Below, in pieces: positions 25,731 to 34,246 of a DNA stretch of 64,000 nt. How positions within the stretch are numbered: position 1 is the stretch's first letter; each line of letters begins with the position of its first letter. Below the pieces are notes generated by a model. It did no database searches and was not told the DNA's origin. It saw only the letters and a program-made list of their open reading frames with translations. Source of the stretch: an uncultured Acidobacteriota bacterium (lineage in GTDB: Bacteria; Acidobacteriota; Polarisedimenticolia; J045); the NCBI GenBank assembly GCA_964420365.1, contig CAYQTA010000048.1, positions 5,635 to 69,634 of the forward strand. The letters run 5' to 3'. Made by a program: the position numbers and the translations under genes.

Positions 25731-26975
25731 ATGGCCAGAGCACTGGAGAGGGCCCCGCGCACGAGCCGCACGTCGGGCGGGAGGGCGGCGATGGGCCAAC
25801 TGAAGGGGAGTCCGAGGCTGGGGCAGTACCTTCGGAACCTGCGTCAAGGGTACGGGTACTCGCTCCGGAAGGTCGAGGAGAAGGCGCGCCAGCAGGGAGG
25901 GGAGATCGACAACTCCCAGCTCAGCCGGTACGAGAAGGGGATCTGCTACCCCTCCTTCGACAAGCTCCGCACGTTGGCCCGCATCTTCAACGTCTCGATC
26001 CAGACCTTCTCGGACGTGATCGACCTCGAGGAGATCGAGAAGCACGCGCCCCCCGGCGACGACCCCGCCGAGCTGATCGAGAGCGGGCACGGCGACTTCC
26101 GGCTCGGCGACTACGGGCGGGCCTGGGCCCATTACCAGAAGGCCCGCCTGCTCCTCGAGGAACGGGCGGACGGCGACCCGTCCCCGGAGGATGCCCGCCT
26201 GCTCGCCAAGGCGCGGCTCTCCGCGGCCGTGACGCTCTACCGGATGGGCAAGATCAGCCTGTCCGAGTACGAGATCCGGCACCTGCTCCGCCTGGACCGG
26301 CACCTGGACGAGCCGCTGCTCGTCCGCGCGCTTCTCCAGTTGAGCAACGTCCACTTCTCCTTCGGCGACCTGCTGCTCGCCGAGATGGAAGCGGCCCGCT
26401 CCCTGGATATCGCCGAGCGTTGCGGAGACCGGCAGCTCCAGGCGTTCTCCCACCACGCCCTGGGCCGGATCTTCCAGGAGCGGGAGGAGATGGAGCAGGC
26501 GCTGCACCACCACCACGAGGCGCTGCGCCTCTACCGGGAGGTGGGCGACCTGCACGAGGCGCTCAAGGTGAAGCTCAACCTCGGGCCGATCTACGCGACC
26601 CGGGGCCAGTACCGGGAGGGAATCCGCCTCCTGGTGGAGGCCCGGGACGAGGCCCGGAGGCTCGGGCACCGCTGGACGGTCGCCTCGGCGGGCGCGTGGC
26701 TGGCGGAGATCCACGTCCAGCGCGGCGACTTCGCCAAGGCGCGGGAGTTCATGCGGGAATCGAACTCGATCGCGTCGAACGGCGAGGTCCAGTACGTCGA
26801 CATCCTGTTCCTGAACGCCTTCTACCTCTGGAAGATCGCGCTCCAGGAGAACAACACCGCCGAGGCGAAGATCGCCCTCGGCCGCATGAAGTACCTCCGT
26901 CCCCACCTGGAACAGAACCTCAAGGAAGTCCGCGAATTCGATCGCTACATCGAGAGGAAAGGAGGTGCGCGATGA
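25731..26975 (+). CDS. XRE-family HTH transcriptional regulator with a C-terminal TPR-like repeat domain (RNPP-like architecture)
   Basis: HTH_XRE (LGQYLRNLRQGYGYSLRKVEEKA...LSRYEKG...PSFDKLRTLARIFNVSIQTF) followed by ~300 aa of TPR-like helical repeats. An alternative start is at 25791. Confidence 0.8.
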   Translation: MARALERAPRTSRTSGGRAAMGQLKGSPRLGQYLRNLRQGYGYSLRKVEEKARQQGGEIDNSQLSRYEKGICYPSFDKLRTLARIFNVSIQTFSDVIDLEEIEKHAPPGDDPAELIESGHGDFRLGDYGRAWAHYQKARLLLEERADGDPSPEDARLLAKARLSAAVTLYRMGKISLSEYEIRHLLRLDRHLDEPLLVRALLQLSNVHFSFGDLLLAEMEAARSLDIAERCGDRQLQAFSHHALGRIFQEREEMEQALHHHHEALRLYREVGDLHEALKVKLNLGPIYATRGQYREGIRLLVEARDEARRLGHRWTVASAGAWLAEIHVQRGDFAKAREFMRESNSIASNGEVQYVDILFLNAFYLWKIALQENNTAEAKIALGRMKYLRPHLEQNLKEVREFDRYIERKGGAR

Positions 26976-27628
26976 GGCGCATCTCGGCTGCTGCCGTGAT
27001 CCTGTTGCTGGTTTCGTTCTTCGCCGCGGTTCCCGCCGTGGCGGATCCCGACCTCGCCCCCCTCCGGCCGACCGGCCTGACCCCCGACTACCACGCCGAG
27101 GAAGACGGTCCCGTCTACATGGCGACCGACCCGGCGGGCAACCTGTGGGCCGTCTGGTCTTACAGGAACGGCATCGAGTACGACGTCGCCGTCACGCGGA
27201 ACGTGGGACGGACGTGGCTCCCGCCGGTGCTCCTCGGCGAGGGGAACGGCCGGAACGACCTGGACCCGCGGATCGCCTTCGACGTCCTCGGCCGCCCGGT
27301 CGTCGTCTGGTGGCAGGACGGGACCGACGAGGCGAACTCCCGGGTCCTGCTCTCCCGCATGGAGGAGGGCGCCTGGAAGGGCCCCTGGATCTGGAGCCCG
27401 GCGGGCGTACCGGCCCACCACCCGAACATCTTCCCCGGCGAGGACGACCAGCTTCACGTGGCCTACATCGACGACGGAGGCGTGATCCACGCGAACGGCG
27501 TCGACATCAAGCCGATCGACAAGCCGACGCCCGATGGCGGAACGAACGGGCCGGACCCGATCCCCTCCCTCGTCGTCAACGACCCGGACGACCTCCCGGG
27601 CGGCGAGGACGGCTCGTTGAACCAGTAG
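26972..27628 (+). CDS. Secreted hypothetical protein (218 aa), translationally coupled to the XRE-TPR regulator
   Basis: ATGA overlap with the regulator stop; SD AAAGGAGGTG; signal peptide MRRISAAAVILLLVSFFAAVPAVA; W-rich beta-strand-like repeats. Confidence 0.65.
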   Translation: MRRISAAAVILLLVSFFAAVPAVADPDLAPLRPTGLTPDYHAEEDGPVYMATDPAGNLWAVWSYRNGIEYDVAVTRNVGRTWLPPVLLGEGNGRNDLDPRIAFDVLGRPVVVWWQDGTDEANSRVLLSRMEEGAWKGPWIWSPAGVPAHHPNIFPGEDDQLHVAYIDDGGVIHANGVDIKPIDKPTPDGGTNGPDPIPSLVVNDPDDLPGGEDGSLNQ

Positions 27629-27653
27629 TCGGCTCAACAGTTTCCGGGACCGA

Positions 27654-27677
27654 GAGGCCGGGCTCGCGCCCGGCCTC
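27654..27677 (+). terminator. Terminator-like GC hairpin gaggccgggc-tcgc-gcccggcctc
   Basis: A 10-bp perfect stem 26 nt after the stop of the secreted protein gene, but with no clear U-tract. Confidence 0.4.
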
Positions 27678-27709
27678 CGTCCGTCTCGGGCGGGCCCGTA
27701 CGAAACCGG

Positions 27710-27738
27710 TTGACACCGCCGGGACCTCCGCGTACGAT
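27710..27738 (+). promoter_or_regulatory. Sigma-70 promoter Pmra: -35 TTGACA, 17-nt spacer, -10 TACGAT
   Basis: Consensus -35 with canonical spacing ~160 nt upstream of mraZ. Confidence 0.65.
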
Positions 27739-27743
27739 CCCGG

Positions 27744-27778
27744 GTGGGAAGAAGTGGGTGTAAGTGGGAGAAAGTAGG
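27744..27778 (+). promoter_or_regulatory. MraZ operator: 4 direct repeats GTGGG-N5 (GTGGGaagaaGTGGGtgtaaGTGGGagaaaGTAGG)
   Basis: The 10-bp-period GTGGG repeats immediately downstream of the -10 match the known MraZ-box organisation. Confidence 0.7.
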
Positions 27779-27897
27779 TCGCCAGGGAACCAGTCCCGGG
27801 GTGCGACCCCCCAGACGCAGTCAGGCCCCGCCGCCCCGCCGCACCCGTTGGGCCGGGTCCCGGCCGCCCGGGGAGCGCCGGACCCGGGGGAGGAGCG

Positions 27898-28353
27898 ATG
27901 CTTCGCGGGCACGACACCGCCAGGATCGACGGCAAGGGGCGGCTCAAGGTCCCCGCCGAGTTCCTCGACCGGTTCCTGGCGCTGTGCCGGGAGGACCGCC
28001 GGGTCTTCCTGACCTCCCTCGATGGGGTGACGGCCCTCCTCTACCCCCTTCCCGTCTGGGAGCGGCACGAGGCCGAGCTGGCCGAGCTCCCGGAAACCCA
28101 CCCCGCGGTCCGCAAGTACCGGGAGACCGTGAACTACTGGGGCAAGGAAACCTCCCTCGACGGCCAGGGACGAATCCTGATCCACCCGCTCCTGCGGGAC
28201 GCCGCAGGCCTCGAGGGAACCGCCTCGGTGTTCGGCGACCGGGACCGGCTGCGGATCCGCAGGTTCGAGGACGTGGCGAAGGAACGGCTGATCGTCTCGG
28301 ACGAGGACCTCGAGACGATCGCCGACCTGGTCGAGCAGCGACGCAACCGGTGA
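27898..28353 (+). CDS. mraZ: Transcriptional regulator MraZ
   Basis: Tandem MraZ/SpoVT-AbrB domains (DGKGRLKVPAEF ... DGQGRILIHPLLR). Confidence 0.93.
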   Translation: MLRGHDTARIDGKGRLKVPAEFLDRFLALCREDRRVFLTSLDGVTALLYPLPVWERHEAELAELPETHPAVRKYRETVNYWGKETSLDGQGRILIHPLLRDAAGLEGTASVFGDRDRLRIRRFEDVAKERLIVSDEDLETIADLVEQRRNR

Positions 28354-28376
28354 CGAGCCCGGCGGAGGCCCCCCGG

Positions 28377-29321
28377 ATGACCCCCACCCCGGCACCGACC
28401 CACCGGCCGGTGATGGTCGCCGAGATCCTGGAGGCGCTCGACGCCCGCCCCGGCGCCGTGTTGCTCGACGGCACGGTGGGCACGGGTGGGCACGCCCTCG
28501 CCTGGCTCGAGGCCACGGCGCCCGACGGGCGGGTGATCGGCCTGGACCGGGACCCCGAGGCCCTCGCCCGCGCGGAGGAGCGGCTCGCGCCGTTCGCCGG
28601 GCGCGTCCACCTCCTGCACGGGGACTGGCGGGAGGCGCCCGGGCTCCTCCGGGAACACGGCGAGTCGGCCCCGGATGCCATCCTGCTCGACCTCGGGCTC
28701 GGAACCCACCAGGTGGACGACCCCGAGCGAGGGTTCTCGTTCCGCCACGAGGCTCCCCTCGACATGCGCTTCGATCGCGGCGCACCGGGCCCGACGGCGG
28801 CGGAGATCCTGCGCAGGGCTCCGGCACCGGAACTCGCCCGGATCTTCTCCGAGTACGGCGAAGAGCGCGCCGCACGGCGCCTGGCCCGCCGGATCGTCGA
28901 GGCCCGGGAGCACGGGGCGATCGAGACCACCGGCGACCTGGCCCGGCTGGTGCGGGAGACCCTGGGGCCGCGCCGGGCGGGGCGAATCGACCCGGCCACC
29001 CGGGTTTTCCAGGCCCTCCGCATCGCCGTCAACCGGGAGCTCTCCGGCATGGACCGGGCGCTCGAGGCCCTGGTCGAGCTGCTGCCGCCCGGCGGGAGGA
29101 TCGCGGTCCTGGCCTACCACAGCCTCGAAGACCGGGTGGTCAAGCGAACCTTCCGGGCGCTCGCGGAACCCTGCCGCTGCCGGCGGGGCGATCCCTGCAC
29201 CTGCGGCGCCCGGGAACGGCTCGAGCTCCGGCAACGGCGTGCGCTCCGCCCCGCGGACGAGGAGATCGCGGCGAATCCCCGGGCCCGCTCGGCCCGCCTC
29301 CGGTGGGGGGTGCGCCGATGA
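28377..29321 (+). CDS. rsmH: 16S rRNA (cytosine1402-N4)-methyltransferase RsmH
   Basis: Motifs HRPVMVAEILEAL...DGTVGTGGH...DLGLGTHQ...AYHSLEDR. Start ATG lies 9 nt after GGAGG. Confidence 0.92.
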   Translation: MTPTPAPTHRPVMVAEILEALDARPGAVLLDGTVGTGGHALAWLEATAPDGRVIGLDRDPEALARAEERLAPFAGRVHLLHGDWREAPGLLREHGESAPDAILLDLGLGTHQVDDPERGFSFRHEAPLDMRFDRGAPGPTAAEILRRAPAPELARIFSEYGEERAARRLARRIVEAREHGAIETTGDLARLVRETLGPRRAGRIDPATRVFQALRIAVNRELSGMDRALEALVELLPPGGRIAVLAYHSLEDRVVKRTFRALAEPCRCRRGDPCTCGARERLELRQRRALRPADEEIAANPRARSARLRWGVRR

Positions 29322-29653
29322 GCCTCCCGGCCGGCGTCCTGAACCGCCCCCCCCTGGCGACGCCGCGGCCGGCGGTCCTCGCCCGGGTCCTCGCGTTCGC
29401 CGGGTGGATGGGGTTTCTCCTCCTCCCGGTGCTCCTGCTGGTCGCCCTCCAGGTGCCCGCGGTGGTCGCCCGCTGGCGGATCACCCGCCTGGACCGGGAG
29501 CTGACCCGGGAGACCCACCGCACGCTCCTGCTCGAGGCGGAACGGGCCCGCCTGCTCGACCCCCGGCGGCTCCGGGAAGAGGGGCGGCGGCTCGGGCTCC
29601 TGCCCCCGGATCCCGGATCGATTCCCCGGCGGCTCCCCCGGAGGCCACGATGA
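29318..29653 (+). CDS. ftsL: Cell division protein FtsL
   Basis: Small bitopic protein with one TM (FAGWMGFLLLPVLLLVALQV) plus a coiled-coil, in the canonical position. ATGA overlaps on both sides. Confidence 0.75.
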   Translation: MSLPAGVLNRPPLATPRPAVLARVLAFAGWMGFLLLPVLLLVALQVPAVVARWRITRLDRELTRETHRTLLLEAERARLLDPRRLREEGRRLGLLPPDPGSIPRRLPRRPR

Positions 29654-31371
29654 GCGCCCGGGCCAGGGAACGGGTCGTCCTCGGGGCCCTCGTGCTCGCG
29701 GGCCTGGTCCTGGCGGCACGGCTGGGGCAGCTCCAGGTGCGAGAGCACGAAACCTGGCTGGCCCGTGCCCGTTCCCTCGCGGAGGAACGGGTGGAAATCC
29801 CGGGCCCGCGGGGGACCATCGTCGACCGGAGGGGACGGGTCCTCGCGGTCAGCGTCCCCGACCGGGTGCTCGACGTCGAGCCCGCCAGGATCTCCCGGGA
29901 AGGACTCGCCGCCCTCGAGCGGGCTGCCGGCTGCCGTCCGGGACACCTGGTGCGCCACGCGCGGGCCGCCTGGCGTCTCGCCACCCGGCACTGTGACGGC
30001 CGCTGCGTGGAGCGCGTGGAACGGCTCGTCGAGCGGGGCCTCGTGCCCCGGGACGCGATCCACTGGGCACGCGGCTTCGCCCGCCGGTATCCCCACGGCG
30101 CCCTCGCGGCCCACGTTCTCGGTTTCGTCACGCTGGACGGTCGGAACGCCGAAGGGGTCGAGCAGCGCTACGGGGACTTCCTCCGTTCCCGCGGGACCAC
30201 CCTGCGACGCCTGCGGGTCTGCCGCCACCAGTCCATCCTGGAGGAGCGGGAGGGCAGCACCCGGCCTCCCTCGGCCCTGATGCTGACGCTGGACCTCCGG
30301 GTCCAGGAGGTCCTCGAGAGCGCGCTGGACGAGGCGATCCGGCGACACGGAGCCCGGGGTGCCCGGGGGATCGTTCTCGATCCCCGCACGGGCGACGTCC
30401 TCGCCCTCGCGGCGCGGCCCGCCTTCGACCCGAATCGCTTCTGGAAGTTCCCGGCGAGGGCCCACCGGAACGCCGTCATCGAGCATCCCTACGAGCCCGG
30501 TTCCGTGATGAAACCGATGACGGCGAGCGTGCTCCTCGCGGCGGGGGCGGTCCGGGCCGCCGACACCGTCGACTGCGAGGGGGGACGCTGGCGCGTCGGC
30601 CGGCGCTTCCTGCACGACCATCACCCGTGGGGGCGCCTGAACCTCCGCCAGGTGATCGAGGTCTCGAGCAACATCGGGATCGCGAAGTTCGCGCGGCGCG
30701 TGGACCCGGCCACCCTCTGGAAGGGGCTCCGCCGCCTCGGGTTCGGGCAGCGGACCGGGATCGACCTGCCTGCCGAGAACCCCGGCAACCTCGCCCCGCC
30801 CTCCGCCTGGCGGGGAACGGACCGGGACGCCGTGGCCTTCGGACACCGGCTGACGGCGACCACCCTCCAGGTCGCCCGGGCGTACGCGGCGATCGCCAAC
30901 GGTGGCCTTCTCGTGACCCCGCGCGTGGCGAGGGCCCTGGGCGACCCGGACGGAGGCTGGCACCCGCGGGCCATCGCCCCGCCCCGGCGGGTCCTCGACC
31001 CGGTCGTCGCCCGGCGTCTCGCTCGCTGGCTCACCGGGCCGGTCGAGGGAGAGCACGGGACGGCCCCCCGGGCGGCCCTCGCCGGGTGGCGGGTGGCCGG
31101 CAAGACCGGCACGGCCGAAAAGCTGGTCGCCGGCCGATACGACCACGGGAAGAACATCGTCACGTTCGCGGGATTCGCCCCCCTGGATCGCCCCCGGGTC
31201 GTCGTCGTGATCACGGTCGACGAACCGACGCGGAACGGCCGCACGGCGGGCGCGGTGGCGGCCCCGGTCTTCGCCCGGGTCACCGGCGAGGTCCTCCGCC
31301 TGCTTCGCATCCCCGCGGACCCGGGCCGGCTGGTGGCGACCGGCGAGCGTGCGCCGGGAGGACGGGGATGA
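29650..31371 (+). CDS. ftsI: Peptidoglycan D,D-transpeptidase FtsI (class B PBP)
   Basis: N-terminal TM, dimerisation domain, and transpeptidase motifs (SxxK inferred, SSN: VSSNIG, KTGT: GKTGTA). Confidence 0.92.
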   Translation: MSARARERVVLGALVLAGLVLAARLGQLQVREHETWLARARSLAEERVEIPGPRGTIVDRRGRVLAVSVPDRVLDVEPARISREGLAALERAAGCRPGHLVRHARAAWRLATRHCDGRCVERVERLVERGLVPRDAIHWARGFARRYPHGALAAHVLGFVTLDGRNAEGVEQRYGDFLRSRGTTLRRLRVCRHQSILEEREGSTRPPSALMLTLDLRVQEVLESALDEAIRRHGARGARGIVLDPRTGDVLALAARPAFDPNRFWKFPARAHRNAVIEHPYEPGSVMKPMTASVLLAAGAVRAADTVDCEGGRWRVGRRFLHDHHPWGRLNLRQVIEVSSNIGIAKFARRVDPATLWKGLRRLGFGQRTGIDLPAENPGNLAPPSAWRGTDRDAVAFGHRLTATTLQVARAYAAIANGGLLVTPRVARALGDPDGGWHPRAIAPPRRVLDPVVARRLARWLTGPVEGEHGTAPRAALAGWRVAGKTGTAEKLVAGRYDHGKNIVTFAGFAPLDRPRVVVVITVDEPTRNGRTAGAVAAPVFARVTGEVLRLLRIPADPGRLVATGERAPGGRG

Positions 31372-32852
31372 TCCGCATCGACCGGCTCGTCCGCGGGCTT
31401 CCCGGGGTCGTCCTGCGGGGCCCCGGCGACGTGGCGATCGAGGACGCGGTCCTCGACTCCCGCCGGGTTCGTCCGGGGACGCTCTTCGCCGCCCTGCCGG
31501 GCGAGCGAACGGACGGCCGGCGCTTCGTCGGGGAGGCCCTCGGCCGCGGAGCGGTCGCCGTCCTGTCTGCGCCGCCGGGACCGGGGGTCCCCGACGGGGT
31601 GGCCGTGGTGGAGGCGGAAGACGCCCGCCCGGCCCTTGCCCTGCTCTGCCGCCGCCTGCACGGGGCGCCGGACGAGGCGCTCGACCTGGTCGGCATCACC
31701 GGCACCGACGGGAAGACGACCACCGCCCACCTGCTCGCGGCGGCGCTCCGGGAGGCGGGCCGGCCCGCGGCCAGCCTCGGAACGCTCGGATTCGGCGCCC
31801 CGGGACTCGGGGAGGACACGGCCCTGACGACCCCGGAGGCTCCCGACCTGTGGCGTCTCCTGGCGCGCGCCCGGGATGCCGGCCTCGGCGCGGTGGCGAT
31901 GGAGGTCTCGTCGATCGCCCTCGAGCGGCACCGGGTGCACGGGGCCCGCTTCCGGGTGGCGGTGCTGACCACCCTCGGGCGGGACCACCTCGACCTGCAT
32001 CCCTCCGTCGAGGCCTACCACGCGGCCAAGCGCCGCCTCTTCGAGTCGCTCGGTCGCGGGTCGGCGGCGGTCCTTCCCGCCGGCGCCCCCGGGGTCGAGG
32101 CGTTCGTCGCGGCGGCGGAAAACGCCCGGATCCTGCGATACGCAGGCGGCGACGACGCCCGGGGGGCGGACGTGCTCGCCCGGATCGTTCCGCTGCCGGG
32201 CGGCGGGCGCGAGGCGGCCATCGAGATCGCCGGGAAGACGTTCCGCTCCCCCACCCGGCTCGCGGCCCCCTGGGACGCCGCGAACCTGGCCGCGGCGGTC
32301 GCCGCGGCGATCGCCCTGGGCGCCGACCCGGCGACGGCGGTTCGCGGCGCGGCGGCGGCCGACCAGGTCCCGGGACGGTGGGAGCGGATCGAGGCCGGGC
32401 AGCCGTTCCCGGTGATCGTGGACTACGCGCACACGCCGGACGCCCTCGCTCGGGCCCTCGCCGCCCTCCGCCGGGAAACGCGCGGAGGACGGGCCATCGT
32501 CGTCTTCGGCTGCGGTGGCGACCGGGACGCGGGGAAACGCCGGCCGATGGGCCGGATCGCCGGGAAGCTGGCCGACGTGGTGATCGTCACCGACGACAAC
32601 CCCCGCACCGAGGACCCCGAGGAGATCGCGCGGGAGATCCTGGCCGGGGCCCGGGAAGGCGGGGCGCAGGTGCTCCGGGTCGCCGACCGGGAGGAGGCGA
32701 TCGCGCGGGCGCTCCGGGAAGCCGCGGCCGGCGACGCGGTCCTGGTCGCCGGCAAGGGACACGAGGCGTACCAGGAAGCCGGGGGACGCCGTCTCCCCTT
32801 CGACGACCGCGAGGTCGTGCGCACGCTCCTCGCGGGGAGGGTCTCCCGGTGA
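31368..32852 (+). CDS. murE: UDP-N-acetylmuramoyl-L-alanyl-D-glutamate--2,6-diaminopimelate ligase MurE
   Basis: Mur ligase P-loop GITGTDGKTTT and the DNPR motif (VTDDNPRTEDP) characteristic of meso-DAP-adding MurE. Confidence 0.93.
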   Translation: MIRIDRLVRGLPGVVLRGPGDVAIEDAVLDSRRVRPGTLFAALPGERTDGRRFVGEALGRGAVAVLSAPPGPGVPDGVAVVEAEDARPALALLCRRLHGAPDEALDLVGITGTDGKTTTAHLLAAALREAGRPAASLGTLGFGAPGLGEDTALTTPEAPDLWRLLARARDAGLGAVAMEVSSIALERHRVHGARFRVAVLTTLGRDHLDLHPSVEAYHAAKRRLFESLGRGSAAVLPAGAPGVEAFVAAAENARILRYAGGDDARGADVLARIVPLPGGGREAAIEIAGKTFRSPTRLAAPWDAANLAAAVAAAIALGADPATAVRGAAAADQVPGRWERIEAGQPFPVIVDYAHTPDALARALAALRRETRGGRAIVVFGCGGDRDAGKRRPMGRIAGKLADVVIVTDDNPRTEDPEEIAREILAGAREGGAQVLRVADREEAIARALREAAAGDAVLVAGKGHEAYQEAGGRRLPFDDREVVRTLLAGRVSR

Positions 32853-34246
32853 TCCCCCGGCGCGCGGACGAGCTCGCGGCGGCGGTCGGGGGGCGCCTCG
32901 TCGCCGGGAATCCCGCCGCCCGGGTCACGGGCGCCTCCTTCGACAGCCGGCTCCTCCGGCCCGGGGAAGCGTTCTTCGCCATCGTCGCCCGGAACGACGG
33001 GCACGCCTTCGCGGCGGAGGCGGCCCGGAAGGGGGCCCCCGCGGTGGTCGCGTCCCGCCCCGTCGACCTGCCCGCCGGGACCGCCCTCGTCCTCGTCGAC
33101 GACACGCTGGCCGCCCTCGGGCGCCTCGCCGCCGACGAGCGGCGACGGCGGGCCGGGATGAAGGTCGTCGCGGTCACCGGGAGCGCCGGAAAGACGACGA
33201 CGACCGCCCTGGTGCGGGCGGCCCTCGGGGCCCGCTGGCGCGCCGGGAGCACCCGCGGGAACTGGAACAACCGGCTCGGCCTGCCCCTCTCGATCCTCGA
33301 CCTCGGGGAGGACGTCGAGGCGGCGGCCCTGGAGCTCGGGATGAACCGCCCGGGGGAGATCCGCGATCTCGCGGCGATCGCCGACCCGGACGTCGGGGTG
33401 ATCACGCTGGCCGCCCGGGCCCACCTCGGATTCTTCCCCGACGTCCGGGCGATCGCCCGGGCGAAGGCGGAGCTGTGGGAGGCGATGGCCGCCAGCAGCG
33501 GCGCCGGCCGCTCCCGGACGGCCGTGGTGCCCGACGACGATCCGTACCTCCTCGAGCTCGCCCGGCACGCGGGTCTCCCGGTGCTGCGCTTCGGCCTCGG
33601 CCCCGGCGCGGACGTCCGGGCGGAGGCGATCGAGCCGTCCCCGGCGGGGGGAATCGCGTTCCGGGTGGCCGGGGTGCGGGTCGAGCTCGCCCTGTGGGGC
33701 CGGCACGCGGTGCGGAACGCCCTCGCGGCGCTCGCCGCCGCCAGGGCCCTCGGGATCCCGCTCGAGGAGGCCGCCCCCCGCCTCGCCACGGTGGAGCCCC
33801 TCCCCGGGCGGGGCCGCGTCCATCGCCTCGCCGATGGCACGACCGTGATCGACGAGACCTACAACGCGAACCCCGACGCGGTGCGGGTCGTGCTCGCGGC
33901 CCTGGCGGAGTTTCCCGCACCCGGGCGCCGGGTGGCCGTGCTCGGGGACATGCTGGAGCTGGGCGAAGCGGCGCCCGCGCTGCACCGGGAGGTCGGCGAG
34001 GCCGCCGCGGCGGCCGGCTTCGACCCGGTCTGGGCCGTCGGGACGCTCGCGGAGGAGGTGGCCCGGGGAGCGGCGTCCCGCGGGGCGTCGACCCGTACCT
34101 GGCCCGCCGCCGACGACGCCGCCGGGGATCTCCCGCGCCTCGTCCGGCCCGGGGATCTCGTCCTGCTCAAGGGGTCGCGGGGGGTCCGCCTGGAACGGGC
34201 CCTCGAGGCGCTCCTCGCGGCCCGCGGCGTGGAGGAACGGAGATGA
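32849..34246 (+). CDS. murF: UDP-N-acetylmuramoyl-tripeptide--D-alanyl-D-alanine ligase MurF
   Basis: GTG start in GTGA overlap with murE. Motif VTGSAGKTTTT and the Mur ligase central and C-terminal domains. Confidence 0.92.
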   Translation: MIPRRADELAAAVGGRLVAGNPAARVTGASFDSRLLRPGEAFFAIVARNDGHAFAAEAARKGAPAVVASRPVDLPAGTALVLVDDTLAALGRLAADERRRRAGMKVVAVTGSAGKTTTTALVRAALGARWRAGSTRGNWNNRLGLPLSILDLGEDVEAAALELGMNRPGEIRDLAAIADPDVGVITLAARAHLGFFPDVRAIARAKAELWEAMAASSGAGRSRTAVVPDDDPYLLELARHAGLPVLRFGLGPGADVRAEAIEPSPAGGIAFRVAGVRVELALWGRHAVRNALAALAAARALGIPLEEAAPRLATVEPLPGRGRVHRLADGTTVIDETYNANPDAVRVVLAALAEFPAPGRRVAVLGDMLELGEAAPALHREVGEAAAAAGFDPVWAVGTLAEEVARGAASRGASTRTWPAADDAAGDLPRLVRPGDLVLLKGSRGVRLERALEALLAARGVEERR

